From an uncultured delta proteobacterium (lineage in GTDB: Bacteria; Desulfobacterota; Binatia; UBA9968), in assembly GCA_963847445.1 (NCBI GenBank), contig CAWJZV010000046.1:384001-448000 (forward strand): a DNA stretch of 64,000 nucleotides. The letters are read 5' to 3'. Position 1 is the first letter of the stretch, and every line of letters begins with the position of its first letter. This document shows positions 23,199 to 34,676 of this stretch, in pieces. The translations under genes were made by a program, and so were the position numbers. The notes below the pieces were generated by a model. That model did no database searches. It saw only the letters and a list, made by a program, of their open reading frames with translations, and had not been told where the DNA came from.

Positions 23199-23495
23199 AT
23201 GAGGCGCAAACGATGTTACGCTATAGGTTTCCGCTTCGGCGGGCGGTTTGTCTGGCTTTTTGTTCTAGCCACAACTCTCGGCGGTTGTACTACGACTTCG
23301 GAACAGGTGCCGGCGTTTCATTCGGTCCGCCAAGAGCGACCCTCTGGCTTTGTCGATCGACTTCTGGATACTTTTTCCGAGCGCGAGTGTAACGTTGGCC
23401 GGTTTACCTGTTCCTACGGCTTGGGTTCCGCCGGGGAGCCTTGTGATTGTGTCGGCCCCGGCAACGTGGTTTTCAAGGGTTACACGATCAAATGA
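23199..23495 (+). CDS. Small Cys-rich putative lipoprotein
   Basis: Basic N-terminus, hydrophobic stretch, lipobox-like LGGC, C-terminal C-x6-C...C-x-C. Confidence 0.55.
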   Translation: MRRKRCYAIGFRFGGRFVWLFVLATTLGGCTTTSEQVPAFHSVRQERPSGFVDRLLDTFSERECNVGRFTCSYGLGSAGEPCDCVGPGNVVFKGYTIK

Positions 23496-23711
23496 ACCAG
23501 CATCACAAATTTGTCGTTATCGACAAAAAACATTTATGCGCTGTACAAGTTTCGCTCCGGCGTTGCGATGTGATTTAAGGCAATTCCTCGCCATCCAGCG
23601 CCCAGGCGACGCCGTCAATTTTATCGGAGATTCCCTGCTTCGTGCTGAAGCTAACCGCCAGCCAAGGCATGCTTGTTGCTTTCTAAGCATTTCTTCGGGT
23701 GTCTAGGAACC

Positions 23712-24117
23712 ATGGTTAACGGTCAAGACAAGAAGATTCTAATCGTCGAAAAGCAGCCCAACTACACGCAGCAGCTGGTCAAGCAAGTCATGTTTGCCGG
23801 GCTGTCGCCGGTGGTCGCGGTGACCGGTGAGGGCGGGATTCGCAAGGCTATCGAGCACCATCCGGATTTGATTTTGCTTGAGCTCGATCTCACCGACATG
23901 GATGGGCTGCGCTTTGTCTCGTTATTGAAGAGAACGCGAGAGCGTGCAGAAAATTCCGATCGTCGCCATGAGCATCGTCGGCCAAATGAAAGCCGCGGCG
24001 CTCAAGGGAGGCTGCAACGACTTCATTAGTAAGCCGGTGAAGATGATCGAACTGATGGCCCATATCCGGCAGTTTATCTATGGGCTCTCGCGCGCGCCAA
24101 TGAAGTCACTAGGCTGA
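23712..24117 (+). CDS. Single-domain response-regulator receiver, atypical; frameshifted
   Basis: KKILIVEK..., HPDLILLELDLTDMDG; after the frameshift IPIVAMS...GCNDFISKP. Confidence 0.7.
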
Positions 24118-24645
24118 GTCTGGCGGCGGTCCACACTGCCATGAAACGCTCTAGCACTCTTCAGCGACGTTCAACTCGCGAAGATCGATCTTCTAGTCAA
24201 CAACCCCGCAATCTGTTTCCGCTGTGACCGCTGCAAGAGCGTGTTCCGGTCGGAGACCTCGAGCGCGACCATTGGTTGCTACTTCAGTCGTGAACGCCGA
24301 GTTCATCGATCCAGCAAGCACGCAGCGCTTGTCGGCGACGAGCGCAGCGGCTCCAGTTCGACGTGCTGATCGACGCAGATTCTGTGCTATTACGCGACTC
24401 ATAGTTTTGCTTTCGGCGCTAGCCGCTTATCCGAGCCGTTCCGGCAAGCCCTCTCATATGCTCTCGCGGGTTAGACGGACTTTCGGCGCTCTAGCCTTCA
24501 AATGAAGTATGAGGCGATCGATTCCAGGGCTTGTCGCCGGCATTAGAAAGCGGTAGTTAGTCCGCTAAGAGATTTGCCTTGTGTCAGTTCGTCAGTTTGC
24601 GGTTGGGTCGCTAGGAAAAATTGTCGACCGAAAGGAGTAGCGATT

Positions 24646-25467
24646 ATGTCGATCATAACCATCGCTCACGGGGCCTATAGCGGCGGCAATGCGATCGCCG
24701 ACTACCGTCGCCCAAGACTCTCGGTTACAAATCCATCGATCGGGAGGTGTTGATCGAGGCGAGCAAGCGTTACGGGATTCCGGAGGCAAAGTATGTCGAA
24801 GTGCTCGAGGCTGAAAGCCGCTGGTGGGAACGCTGGCGCGAGAGTTTGACGACTCTACCGGATCACCTTGCAGGCGGCGATGTGTGAGGTCGCTCAAGGG
24901 CGGCCAATTGGTTTATCACGGCCGAGCGGGACAACAGCTGCTACCCGGCATCAGTCATGTCTTACGCGTGCTGATCGTCGCGCCGATGGACTATCGCATC
25001 GGTGTCGTTCGTGCCCAGAAGGGCATGGATGAGCAGAATGCCCGGCAGTTTATTCATGAACTCGATCGCGTGCGCGGCCGGCGCTTTCGCGCCTTGTTCA
25101 ACGACGATTGGCAAGACCCAGTGGGTTACGATCTCGTGCTCAATAGCGGGCGGGTGAGCGCTGAGACTGCGGCATCGATCGTTGTTGCATTGTCCGACGC
25201 AGCGAGTTTCAATCGACTGCCGCTTCCAAGGCGGCGTTCGACGATCTGACCACGACGGCACGTGTGCAGGCGGCGCTGATCACGTCGCAAAAAACCCGCA
25301 ACGTGGTTCTGAACGTGCGCAGCGAGGCCGGTCGTGTCAGTATCTCGGGTATCCTCGCCGATCCGGAATTGGAAAAAGAGGTCGTACGGGTTGCCCAGAC
25401 CGTGCCCGGCGTCACTGAGGTCGTCACCGACATCGAACCGCCGCCGATGGAGTATATGCACCCGTGA
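24646..25467 (+). CDS. Cytidylate-kinase-like family protein with C-terminal BON domain; frameshifted
   Basis: MSIITIAHGAYSGG start, VYHGRAGQQLL, LRVLIVAP, DWQDPVGYDLVLN, BON-like end GRVSISG...VPGVTEV. Confidence 0.75.
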
Positions 25468-25533
25468 CGGATCAGTGCTTTCGGTAGTGAAAAGTCCATG
25501 TTGCCAACGAGGTTTGAGCGAATCTATCGATCG

Positions 25534-26032
25534 ATGAGTGCTGCCGACGAAGAATTCATGCGCTTGGCCTTGGCTCAGGCCGTCGCAGCGGCGCGCCAAG
25601 ACGAGGTACCGGTCGGTGCGGTGATGGTTGGCCAATGGGAAAGTCGTTGGCAGCGGCTTCAATCAACGTGAGTCCCGGCAGAATCCGCTGTGCCACGCCG
25701 AGATCGCCGCCATCGACGCGGCGGCCAAACAATTGGGCAGTTGGCGGCTAAGCGACTGCACGATTTACGTTACACTCGAACCCTGCATCATGTGTGTCGG
25801 AGCGATATTACAGGCTCGTGTCGGCAAGCTCGTGTTCGGTTGCCTCGATGCCAAGGCCGGTGCGGTTGAATCTCTTTATCGTTTATGTGAGGATCGGCGC
25901 CTGAATCACCAACTCCCAGTAGTTGGTGGCGTACTGGCGAACGAAGCCGGCGCGCTTTTATCGGAGTTTTTTACCCGTCTGCGCGCGCGCAAGCGCGAGT
26001 CCAAAATTGGGGAGAGGTGGCCGAGCGGTTGA
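25534..26032 (+). CDS. tadA: tRNA adenosine(34) deaminase; frameshift near 25630
   Basis: DEEFMRLAL, EVPVGAV, HAEIAAI, WRLSDCTIYVTLEPCIMC, DAKAGA, RLNH; the stop codon lies inside the following tRNA. Confidence 0.92.
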
Positions 26033-26100
26033 AGGCGCTTGACTCGAAATCAAGTGTACGGGGAACCGTACCGGGGGTTCAAATCCCTCCCTCTCCGCCA
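26011..26100 (+). tRNA. tRNA-Ser(CGA)
   Basis: GGAGAGG/CCTCTCC stem, CTTGA-CT-CGA-AA-TCAAG, long variable arm, GGTTCAAATCC, CCA. Confidence 0.95.
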
Positions 26101-26412
26101 AACCTTTCTTGATCAATATTCAGCGGTTTGACCCTACTCATTGCGTAGGGTGCCGACGATTTAGAAATTCAGCGTTACTCGCTCAAAAATATGGCAACCC
26201 ATTTCGCACGGATCAGTTCGATCCCAGAGGGTACAGCTGGCTTAGCCAAGATAAAGACCGTTGCAAATTAGATTGCTAGGCGAGCGCTATAAATCTCGGT
26301 CCTGCTCGTGGTCTACGAAGAAGATAATTGCAGAGGCTTTGACGGAGCGGCCGCAGTAGCAAACGCGCCAAACTAGATGCCAGCGCGAAGTCAACACCAA
26401 AGGAGCAAGTCG

Positions 26413-27474
26413 ATGGGAGCGATTGACGCTGACGCTCATGTGATAGAGACGGTACAGACGTGGAGTTATCTGGAAGAAAATGAGCGGCGTTTCACACCGC
26501 AACTGATGTCGCAGACATCTGGAGCGGCACTTCTCAGCAATGAAGGCATCGTCGTGCGTGACTTCTGGGTGATCGAAGGCCGGGCGCACGGCAAAGACCG
26601 CAACGTCGGCACCGACACCCCTCAGGAATCCCGTGAGATGCTCAGCGTCGAGGCTCGCCTCGCTCATATGGATAAGCTCGGCATCGAGACACAGGTGCTT
26701 TATCCGACGCTCTTTCTCCGCCCGATCGTGCAGGAAGCCGAGCGTGAGCAGGCTCTGTGCAAATCCTATAATCGCTGGATGGCCGACCTTTGGCGACAGG
26801 GTAAGGGGCGCTTGCGTTGGGTGGCGAAGCCGCCGCTGCGCCTCCTGGAAAAAACGCGGGCAGCAGTAAAAGACGAACTCGATCGAGCCAAGGACAACGG
26901 CGCCTGCGGTATCTTCATGCGGGGACTCGAATGCGAGCGAGCGCTCGGCTCGCCTTATTTCTATCCGCTTTGGGAGATGTCCGGCGATCTCGATCTACCG
27001 GTCTGCGTCCATTCCGCCAACGGTAGCTTCGTTCATCACGACTTCTTTGCCGACGATACGACTTTTACCAAATTTAAGCTGGCCGTCGTGGGCGCGTGTC
27101 ATACGCTTGTCGAAAAGGAGATCCCGAAAAAGTTTCCCAAGGTCCGTTGGGGTTTCGTTGAGGTAAGCGCGCAGTGGGTGCCTTATGTTCTTAACGATCT
27201 GGCCGACCGCTTCCGGCGACAGGGCAGGACCCTCCCGACAGGCGCGCTCGCCGCCAACAACATGTGGGTGGCCTGCGAGAACACGGATGATCTGTCCTAT
27301 ATCTTGAGTTATACCGGTGAGGATCGCCTGATGATCGGGACCGACTACGGTCACCATGATCCATCATCCGAGCTCAATGCCATTAATCTGCTGCGTAACG
27401 ATAATCGGCTGACATCCGAAGTCGTAAGAAGAATTCTTGAAAGTAATCCGCGAAACTTTTACGGCCTTGATTGA
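26413..27474 (+). CDS. Amidohydrolase-2 family protein
   Basis: IDADAHVIE, QVLYPT, YNRW, PVCVH, GTDYGHHD. Confidence 0.88.
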   Translation: MGAIDADAHVIETVQTWSYLEENERRFTPQLMSQTSGAALLSNEGIVVRDFWVIEGRAHGKDRNVGTDTPQESREMLSVEARLAHMDKLGIETQVLYPTLFLRPIVQEAEREQALCKSYNRWMADLWRQGKGRLRWVAKPPLRLLEKTRAAVKDELDRAKDNGACGIFMRGLECERALGSPYFYPLWEMSGDLDLPVCVHSANGSFVHHDFFADDTTFTKFKLAVVGACHTLVEKEIPKKFPKVRWGFVEVSAQWVPYVLNDLADRFRRQGRTLPTGALAANNMWVACENTDDLSYILSYTGEDRLMIGTDYGHHDPSSELNAINLLRNDNRLTSEVVRRILESNPRNFYGLD

Positions 27475-27691
27475 GTTGACTGATTCATATCCAAATACGC
27501 CGCCAATTTTGACGTGACCCCAAGCCATCGAAGATGTTCGGCGCTTGAACCGGGTTCTGGGAGCAAGACTCAGCGGCCTTATAGCCATTTGCCTCCGACC
27601 AACTCGGACCATCAGCGTGCGGCGGGCAATCTTAGGCCTTCAGTACTTTTTGTCGAAGTCGGTCTAATGGTGACCTTAGATGGATTGGTTT

Positions 27692-27735
27692 GGAGAGGTG
27701 GTCGAGCGGTTGCAGGCGCACGACTGGAATCGTGT
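27692..27735 (+). repeat. Degenerate copy of the 5' half of tRNA-Ser(GGA)
   Basis: GGAGAGGTGGTCGAGCGGTTGCAGGCGCACGACTGGAATCGTGT matches 28436-28480 with 2 substitutions and 1 deletion; no T-arm or 3' stem follows. Confidence 0.85.
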
Positions 27736-27808
27736 AACTCGCAACAATTTCGCATTTCGTCTTTGCCGCTGAAAATTTTCTGTGGTAGGTGAGGCGCGGA
27801 GGCCCCGA

Positions 27809-28246
27809 ATGAATAAATGCCTTCCCGTCCTATGGGCAATAGGGGTGCTCTGGTTGGTTCTTGTCAGTGTGGGCTGTTATATCCCAGACCCGCACTTGGA
27901 AGCCATTCTGCGCGATGCATCCAGTCGAAAGCAAAATGCAGCAAGCCAAAACGCGCCTACCCCTCGTACCCCTCTTAACCTTCCCACCCATCCCACAGTT
28001 GCAGGCACTGCCATGACTTGGACAAACGGACCGCAGACCTGGGCTGGAAATCCATTCTGCGCGATGTCAGGCAATCTCCCGTCAGCAAATAGCCCTACGG
28101 TGGATCGTGGCAGCCTAACCCCAGGGTTTCATTGCCCAAAGCCCGGCTCGGCTCTCGATCAGCCACGAAAAAGCAACGGCGACTATTGCCAAGAGTGGTA
28201 TGGGAGTTCACCCGATCTCGGGGCCTGTGAGTATGTGCCACAATGA
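27809..28246 (+). CDS. Hypothetical Pro/Asn-rich lipoprotein
   Basis: MNKCLPVLWAIGVLWLVLVSVGC signal peptide with lipobox; four further Cys. Confidence 0.55.
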   Translation: MNKCLPVLWAIGVLWLVLVSVGCYIPDPHLEAILRDASSRKQNAASQNAPTPRTPLNLPTHPTVAGTAMTWTNGPQTWAGNPFCAMSGNLPSANSPTVDRGSLTPGFHCPKPGSALDQPRKSNGDYCQEWYGSSPDLGACEYVPQ

Positions 28247-28435
28247 GCGCTTCTTTCATCTCATGGTTTAAAATCCCGTGTCTCGCATTCTGTCTTTGCT
28301 ACCGCGAAAGCTTGTGTTAACTTCTGAAAACAACAGCTCAGCAAAACGACCCAAAAAAAGCTCCGTGGAGACATTTTGCAGACATTGACAGTCGAACCAG
28401 CGGAGCAGGGGCGTAAGTTCGCAATATGCCAATAG

Positions 28436-28527
<92 letters not shown>

Positions 28528-28662
28528 GGTTCCTGAATCTGGCGGGCTCATCGGCCGCTTTCGATTAAGTCGGCCGCGGCAAGCAGGAAATCTTGAAACC
28601 GCCCAGTGATCAAGGTACTGTTTTTCAAGAAGCATCGGATTAGGCGATATTTCGTTGCGTGC

Positions 28663-28791
<129 letters not shown>

Positions 28792-28889
28792 TCATCTCGT
28801 GGCTCTCTAATTGTATAATCGCCGATCGCCGCTCTTGTGCAGTTCGCTGAGAGTCGGCGGCTTTTAGTTTGAGATTACCCAAGGAATTT

Positions 28890-30576
28890 ATGTCTTACCT
28901 GGTTTTGGCGCGGAAATGGCGGCCGCAAAATTTCGAGGATGTCGCCGGCCAAGAACCGATCACCCGCACACTCAAGAATGCCATCAAGGCCAACCGCATC
29001 GCTCATGCCTACCTGTTCACCGGCGTGCGCGGTGTCGGTAAAACCACCGCGGCGCGGATCCTTGCCAAAGCGTTAAATTGTCGAGAAGGGGCCCACCGCG
29101 ACGCCGTGCAACCAATGCAGCCATTGTGAAGAGATCACCAGCGGCAGCTCGATAGACGTGCTTGAGATCGACGGCGCGTCGAACCGTGGCATCGACGAGA
29201 TCCGCCAAATCATCGAAAACGTCCGCTACCAGCCGGCCAAGTGCCGTTTCAAGATCTATATCATCGACGAAGTGCATCAGGTTACCAAGGATGCTTTCAA
29301 CGCCTTGCTGAAAACCTTGGAAGAGCCGCCGCCGTCGGTCAAGTTTATCCTTGCGACCACTGAGCCGCAGCGTCTGCCCGAAACGATTTTGTCGCGTTGC
29401 CAGCGCTACGATTTTCGCCGCATCAGCCTGCGCGAGATCGTCGAGCGGTTGGCCGCCATCGGTAAAAGCGAAGGTCTGCGCATCACCGACGAAGCGCTGG
29501 TGTTGCTGGCACGGGAAGCGGACGGCAGCATGCGCGACGCCCAGTCGCTGTTGGAACAGGTGCTCGCCTGCGCCATGCCGGCGGCTGGCGACGAGCAGCA
29601 GACGACGGTGGACGCTACCTTGTTGCAAGAAATTCTTGGCTTGGCCGAGCGTAAGTGTCTCTACGACTTGTCCCAGGCGGTGCTCGACGGCGACCCGCGC
29701 CGGTGCGTCGAACTGATCGCCGAGGTGATGAATCAGGGGCGGGATTTGAGCCGGTTGTGCCGCGATCTGGTGGAGCATTTTAGGAATTTGCTAGTCGCTC
29801 GCTTGTCCGCCAGCCCGGTGGGCGCAGCGCGCGTCGGTGGCGCCGACATGGCGCAACTACTCGATCTCCCTGACCAGGAGATTGCCGATTTAATCCGCCA
29901 GAGCAGTCCGGTGTCGGTTGAGTCGCTGCTCGATTACCTCGATTTTATCGCTGCCGGCGATGACGAGGTGGCGCGCTCGACGACGCCACGCTTCGCCCTC
30001 GAAGCGGTGCTGATCCGCATGGCGAGTCTGCCGCAGTCGTTGCCGGTCACGGAAATTCTCACCCGGCTCGAAGGTTTAGAGGGGCGGGTATCTGGCGAAG
30101 TACGGTCCCAAGTTGCGACGCAGCGACCCAAGTCTGTCACGATAGCCGCGCCGGTAACGAAGCCAGGTGTCACGGCGGCGCTGGAAACCGTCCCACCGGC
30201 GGGTGACGATGCTTCGATATGGCGCGAGTTTGTGACCTTTGTCGGCAAGGAGAAAAAGTTTTTAGCGTCGCAATTGGCCGCCAGTGCGGCGCTCTCGTTG
30301 CCGCCGGCGCCGCTTAAAATCAGTGTCGCCGAGCGGCATCAATTGGGCTTTCTCAATGACGCCGATAATCTTGCGGCGCTGCGGGAGTTGGCCAAGAGGT
30401 TTTTCGGTGTCGATGTCACGATTCAGTTGGTCGCTGCGGCTGTCGACGCCGCGCCACTGGCCGGTTCGGACACCGCCCGCACCGAGGGAGCGGTGGAGGA
30501 CCGTAGCGAAATGGTCAAGGAAGCGTTGCGCATTTTTGGCGGTTCAGTGCGTTCGGTGCGGCGAGAAAATCCCTAA
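28890..30576 (+). CDS. dnaX: DNA polymerase III subunit gamma/tau; frameshift near 29085
   Basis: [56 protein letters not shown]. Confidence 0.95.
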
Positions 30577-30621
30577 GCCGATCAGCCAGCGCGGCTCAGA
30601 GCTGAAGGTAGGAGGCAAAAC

Positions 30622-30945
30622 ATGGCGAGCATTCCGGGAATGGGTAATCTGCTCAAGCAAGCGCAGGATATGCAGGCGCGCATGGCCAAGGTTCAGGAGG
30701 ATCTGGCGCATAAGACCGTCGACGGTTCCGCCGGCGGCGGCATGGTTCAGGTGACGGTGAACGGCCAGTTCAACCTGACCGCTGTAAAGATCGAACCGTC
30801 GGTGATCAGCGTTGAAGAAAAGAGCATGCTCGAAGATCTAGTTCTCGCCGCCGTCAATGACGGCATGCGTAAAGCTCGCGAGATGGCATCGGCGGAGATG
30901 GCCAAGCTCACCGGCGGTTTTAAGATTCCCGGGCTGATGCCGTAG
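30622..30945 (+). CDS. ybaB: YbaB/EbfC nucleoid-associated protein
   Basis: LLKQAQDMQ, GSAGGGMVQV, MLEDLVLAAVND; dnaX-ybaB-recR synteny. Confidence 0.95.
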   Translation: MASIPGMGNLLKQAQDMQARMAKVQEDLAHKTVDGSAGGGMVQVTVNGQFNLTAVKIEPSVISVEEKSMLEDLVLAAVNDGMRKAREMASAEMAKLTGGFKIPGLMP

Positions 30946-31034
30946 TTTTTTCAGAGACTTGTGCCCAAGACAGATAAGTCAACAGCGAGCATGAAAATAT
31001 TGAACATCGCTGCCTCGCCAAGCGAGGCCCGCTC

Positions 31035-31655
31035 ATGAGCATGTATCCCGCGCCTTTGGCCCGCTTGATTCAAGAACTCTCCAAGTTGCCGGGTGTCGGT
31101 GAAAAATCTGCGGCGCGTTTAGCGTTTCACATGTTGAAGGGCAAACGGGACGACGTCTTTCGTCTCGCCGACAGCATCGGCCGGTTGCGTCAGGAAATGG
31201 GGCTGTGCGACCGCTGTTTCGGCTTCAGCGAAGTCCATGCGCACAATGAAGATGGCACGCAGTGCGACGTTTGCCGTAACTCGGATCGCGAGGACGACAA
31301 AATTTGCGTGGTCGAAGAGCCGGCGGACATGATCGCGGTGGAAAAGTCTCAAGAGTACCGCGGCCAGTATCATGTGCTGCATGGCACGATCTCGCCGCTC
31401 GATGGCGTCGGCCCGGACGCCCTGCGCATCAAAGAATTGCTCGAGCGGCTGCGCGACAATGTCGTTAAGGAAGTCATCGTCGCCACTAACCCGACCATGG
31501 ATGGCGAAGCGACGGCGCTTTATCTGTCGAAGTTGATCAAGCCCCTCGGCGTTTCCGTCACCCGCATCGCCCGCGGTTTGCCGATGGGCGGTGATCTCGA
31601 ATACACCGACGCCGTCACCTTGGGCAAAGCCTTGGAAGGGCGTCGGGAGATTTAG
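31035..31655 (+). CDS. recR: Recombination mediator RecR
   Basis: LPGVGEKSAARLA, C4 zinc finger, ICVVE, YHVLHG, EVIVATNPTMDGEATA, RIARGLPMGGDLEY. Confidence 0.97.
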   Translation: MSMYPAPLARLIQELSKLPGVGEKSAARLAFHMLKGKRDDVFRLADSIGRLRQEMGLCDRCFGFSEVHAHNEDGTQCDVCRNSDREDDKICVVEEPADMIAVEKSQEYRGQYHVLHGTISPLDGVGPDALRIKELLERLRDNVVKEVIVATNPTMDGEATALYLSKLIKPLGVSVTRIARGLPMGGDLEYTDAVTLGKALEGRREI

Positions 31656-31849
31656 CGCGTTCTTTGCAACAGCGAGCCTACCGTTCCCCAGTTTCCCCTC
31701 GATAAATACCGATTGAAGTTGCCGCGAGATCTAGACGCGATCTCCTCGATGTGTCGTAGCTCATGAACGATGCCGGCGTGGCTCCGCCGGGCTTGAAGCC
31801 CATCCAGAAGCCGATGAAATTAATGTCATGAGGCAACGGGAATTGCGGC

Positions 31850-31890
31850 TTGACAAAAAACCGCGAAGTCCGCTAGAACTGGTCAGACCA
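31850..31890 (+). promoter_or_regulatory. Putative sigma70 promoter with FadR-family operator
   Basis: TTGACA at 31850, weak -10 (TAGAAC at 31874), then palindrome TGGTCAGACCA (31880-31890) matching the TGGT-N3-ACCA core of PdhR/LldR/GlcC-type sites, just upstream of the GntR gene. Confidence 0.55.
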
Positions 31891-31909
31891 CCAGACCGCT
31901 GGACACTCT

Positions 31910-32650
31910 ATGCTACGCGCGATCAAGAAGACTAGGATTCATGAGGAAGTATTTAGCCAGATTCATGAGCTGATCAAGGAAGGCAGATTCAAAGCGCGCG
32001 ATCAGCTGCCGTCGGAGCGCGAGCTGGCCGAGATTTTTAAAGTGAGTCGAACCTCTGTGCGGGAGGCGCTTCGGGCGTTGGAGAGCCAAGGACTGATCGT
32101 CAGCCGAACCGGCATGGGAAATTTTATCGTGGATCTGCCGGTGGAAGCACTGGTCGGGCCGCTGGCGTACTTGCTGATTGACGAAAAGAAGGCGCTGGCG
32201 GACGTGTTTGAAATGCGCAAGCTGATCGAGCCGCAGATTGCCGCGTTGGCCGCGGAACGAGCCACAAGGAAAGATGTGGCGCAGTTGAAAAGGATTGTTG
32301 CGAAGCAGACCGAGGCGGTAAGCAGCGGCACGACGGGAGTCGAAGCGGATGCGGAGTTTCATTTTACGATTGGGCGAGCCACGCGGAACCAGGCGCTGCA
32401 AAAACTGGTTTCCGGTTTGATGGAGCTTTTAAGTCGAAGCCGTGAGGATTCGCTGCAAACCGATGTGCGTAGGAAGGCCTCCGTCGACGCTCATCGCCGG
32501 ATTATCGGCGCGATCGAAATGCACGACAAAACTCGCGCGCGGGGCGAAATGCTGCGCCACATCGAGGAGGTCGAAAAAAGTGTCGGTGGAATACACCGCG
32601 GGTTTGGAGGCAACAAGAAACGGTTCCATCCTCCCGGAAGAGCCGCGTGA
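31910..32650 (+). CDS. GntR/FadR-family transcriptional regulator
   Basis: LPSERELAEIFKVSRTSVREAL wHTH; FCD domain (DAEFH, H..I). Confidence 0.92.
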   Translation: MLRAIKKTRIHEEVFSQIHELIKEGRFKARDQLPSERELAEIFKVSRTSVREALRALESQGLIVSRTGMGNFIVDLPVEALVGPLAYLLIDEKKALADVFEMRKLIEPQIAALAAERATRKDVAQLKRIVAKQTEAVSSGTTGVEADAEFHFTIGRATRNQALQKLVSGLMELLSRSREDSLQTDVRRKASVDAHRRIIGAIEMHDKTRARGEMLRHIEEVEKSVGGIHRGFGGNKKRFHPPGRAA

Positions 32651-32816
32651 TAGGGCAATCCGCCTGAGAAAAATTATCCGGCGCGTAATCGACCGCTAGC
32701 CATTGGCCGGCGTGGCGCTGACTGGGTCAAATTTCGTCAAGCTATATTGCAGTGCGACAATGCGGAACTCAAGGCGCCGATTCGCTCGACTGAACTAATT
32801 CAAGAAAGAGGAAACC

Positions 32817-34533
32817 ATGGCGACGATAACAAATAGCGACAAAAAGGAAGCGACTGGGCCGGTGATCTCAGGCGGTCACTTGGTCGCCAAAGCGCTCAAG
32901 AACGAGGGCGTCGACGTGATCTGGACGCTGTGTGGCGGCCATATCATCGACATTTACGATGGCTGTCTCGACGAGGGTATTAAAATCATCGACGTGCGCC
33001 ATGAGCAGGTCGCGGCCCATGCGGCGGACGGTTATTCGCGCCAGAGCGGCAAGATCGGCTGCGTGGTGACGACGGCGGGGCCGGGCACGACCAACGCCAT
33101 GACCGGCATCGCCAATGCGTTTCGCGCCGAGAGTCCGCTGGTGATGATCGGCGGCCAGGGCGCGCTGTCGCAGCACAAGATGGGTTCGCTGCAAGATTTG
33201 CCCCACGTTGACATCATGGCGCCGATCACCAAATTCGCCGCCAGCGTGCCGCACACCGAACGGGTCGCCGACATGGTGTCGATGGCGTTTCGCGAAGCGG
33301 TGAACGGCGCGCCGGGACCGAGCTATCTGGAAATTCCCCGCGACGTGCTCGACGCCAAGGTGCCGCTGGAGCGCGCGCGCATTCCGAAAGCCGGCGCTTA
33401 TCGCGCGTCGACAAAATCGGTCGGCGATCCCGCCGACATCGAAAAGCTCGCCGACATTCTGGTCAACTCGGAAAGACCTTGCGCTTTGTTTGGCACGCAA
33501 GTGTGGACCTCGCGCGGCCACGACGACGCGGTATCACTCTGCCGCGCGCTCAACATGCCCGGTTACATGAACGGTTCGAGCCGCGGCATCTTCGCGCCGG
33601 GCGATCCGCATGGATTTAACCGCACGCGCCGCGCGGCTTTCGACAAAGCCGACGTGATTCTCATCGTCGGCTGTCCGTTCGATTTCCGTTTGGGTTATGG
33701 CCGGCGGCTGCGCGCCGATGCGACCGTGGTGCAGATCGATCTTGACTACCGCAACGTCGGCAAGAACCGCGACATCTCGCTTGGACTCGTCGGCGATTGC
33801 GGCGCGATTCTCAAAGCGGTCGAGCAAGCGGCGAGCGGCCGCGTGTCCAAAGGTAACAGCCAGCGCGCCGAGTGGATGAAAGAACTGCGCGCCGGTGAAA
33901 CCAAGGCCTACGAAAAACTTGCTGCCATCGTTCAAATCGGAATCGATGCCGATCAACCCTTATCGCGTCGCTTACGAGATCAATGAATTCCTGACCGACA
34001 ACACGGTCTATATCGGCGACGGCGGCGACGTGGTGACGATTACCGCGACCGCTGTCGAGCCGCGCAAGGCCGGTAATTGGATGGACCCGGGGCCGCTCGG
34101 CACTTTGGGCGTCGGCACTTCGTTCTCGATGGCGACCAAGTTCGTCCATCCGCAAAAAGAAGTGCTGTGCTACTACGGCGACGGTTCCTTCGGCATGACC
34201 GCTTGGGACATGGAAACCGCGCAGCGCTTCAAGCTGCCCTACATGGCGGTGATCGGCAACAACTCGGCGATGAACCAAATCCGCTGCGGCCAGATCGGCA
34301 AATACGGACCGGAGCGCGGCGGTGTCGGCAACAAGCTGGGCGATGTCGATTTCGAAAAGTTCGCCGAATGCTTCGGCGGCTGGGGCATCGCCGTGCGCGA
34401 GCCGAGCCAGATCCGTCCGGCGCTGGAAAAAGCCCGCGAGCGCGTCGCCGGCGGCCAATGCGCCATCGTCAATATCTGGGTCGACATCAATGAATACGCG
34501 CCCGGCACCAAGGCGCAGACGATGTATAAGTAA
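32817..34533 (+). CDS. ThDP-dependent enzyme, putative oxalyl-CoA decarboxylase (frc-linked type); frameshift near 33920
   Basis: TLCGGHII, DVRHEQ, TAGPGTTN, GSLQDL, WMDPGPLGTLGVG, GDGSFG...GNN; adjacent to frc. Confidence 0.8.
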
Positions 34534-34676
34534 GCAACAGTGAATTAGATAATGGAGAATGGAAAATTGATAATGCTCGGAGACGATCCGAATCTTCGGA
34601 TCTTCTATTCTCCGACCTTCGTGGGCTTCGTGCCTTCGTGGTGAGAGTGAATTTTCTTAAGGAGACAACATGATCG

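Noticed and set aside
26011-26032. tadA ORF overlapping tRNA-Ser(CGA)
   Set aside because: A short read-through into the adjacent tRNA where the two genes abut; no evidence of special function.
29060-29160. Frameshift in dnaX as programmed gamma/tau frameshifting
   Set aside because: It falls inside the N-terminal ATPase/Zn region, not after domain III, and shows no slippery A-run. It matches the window-wide indel noise.
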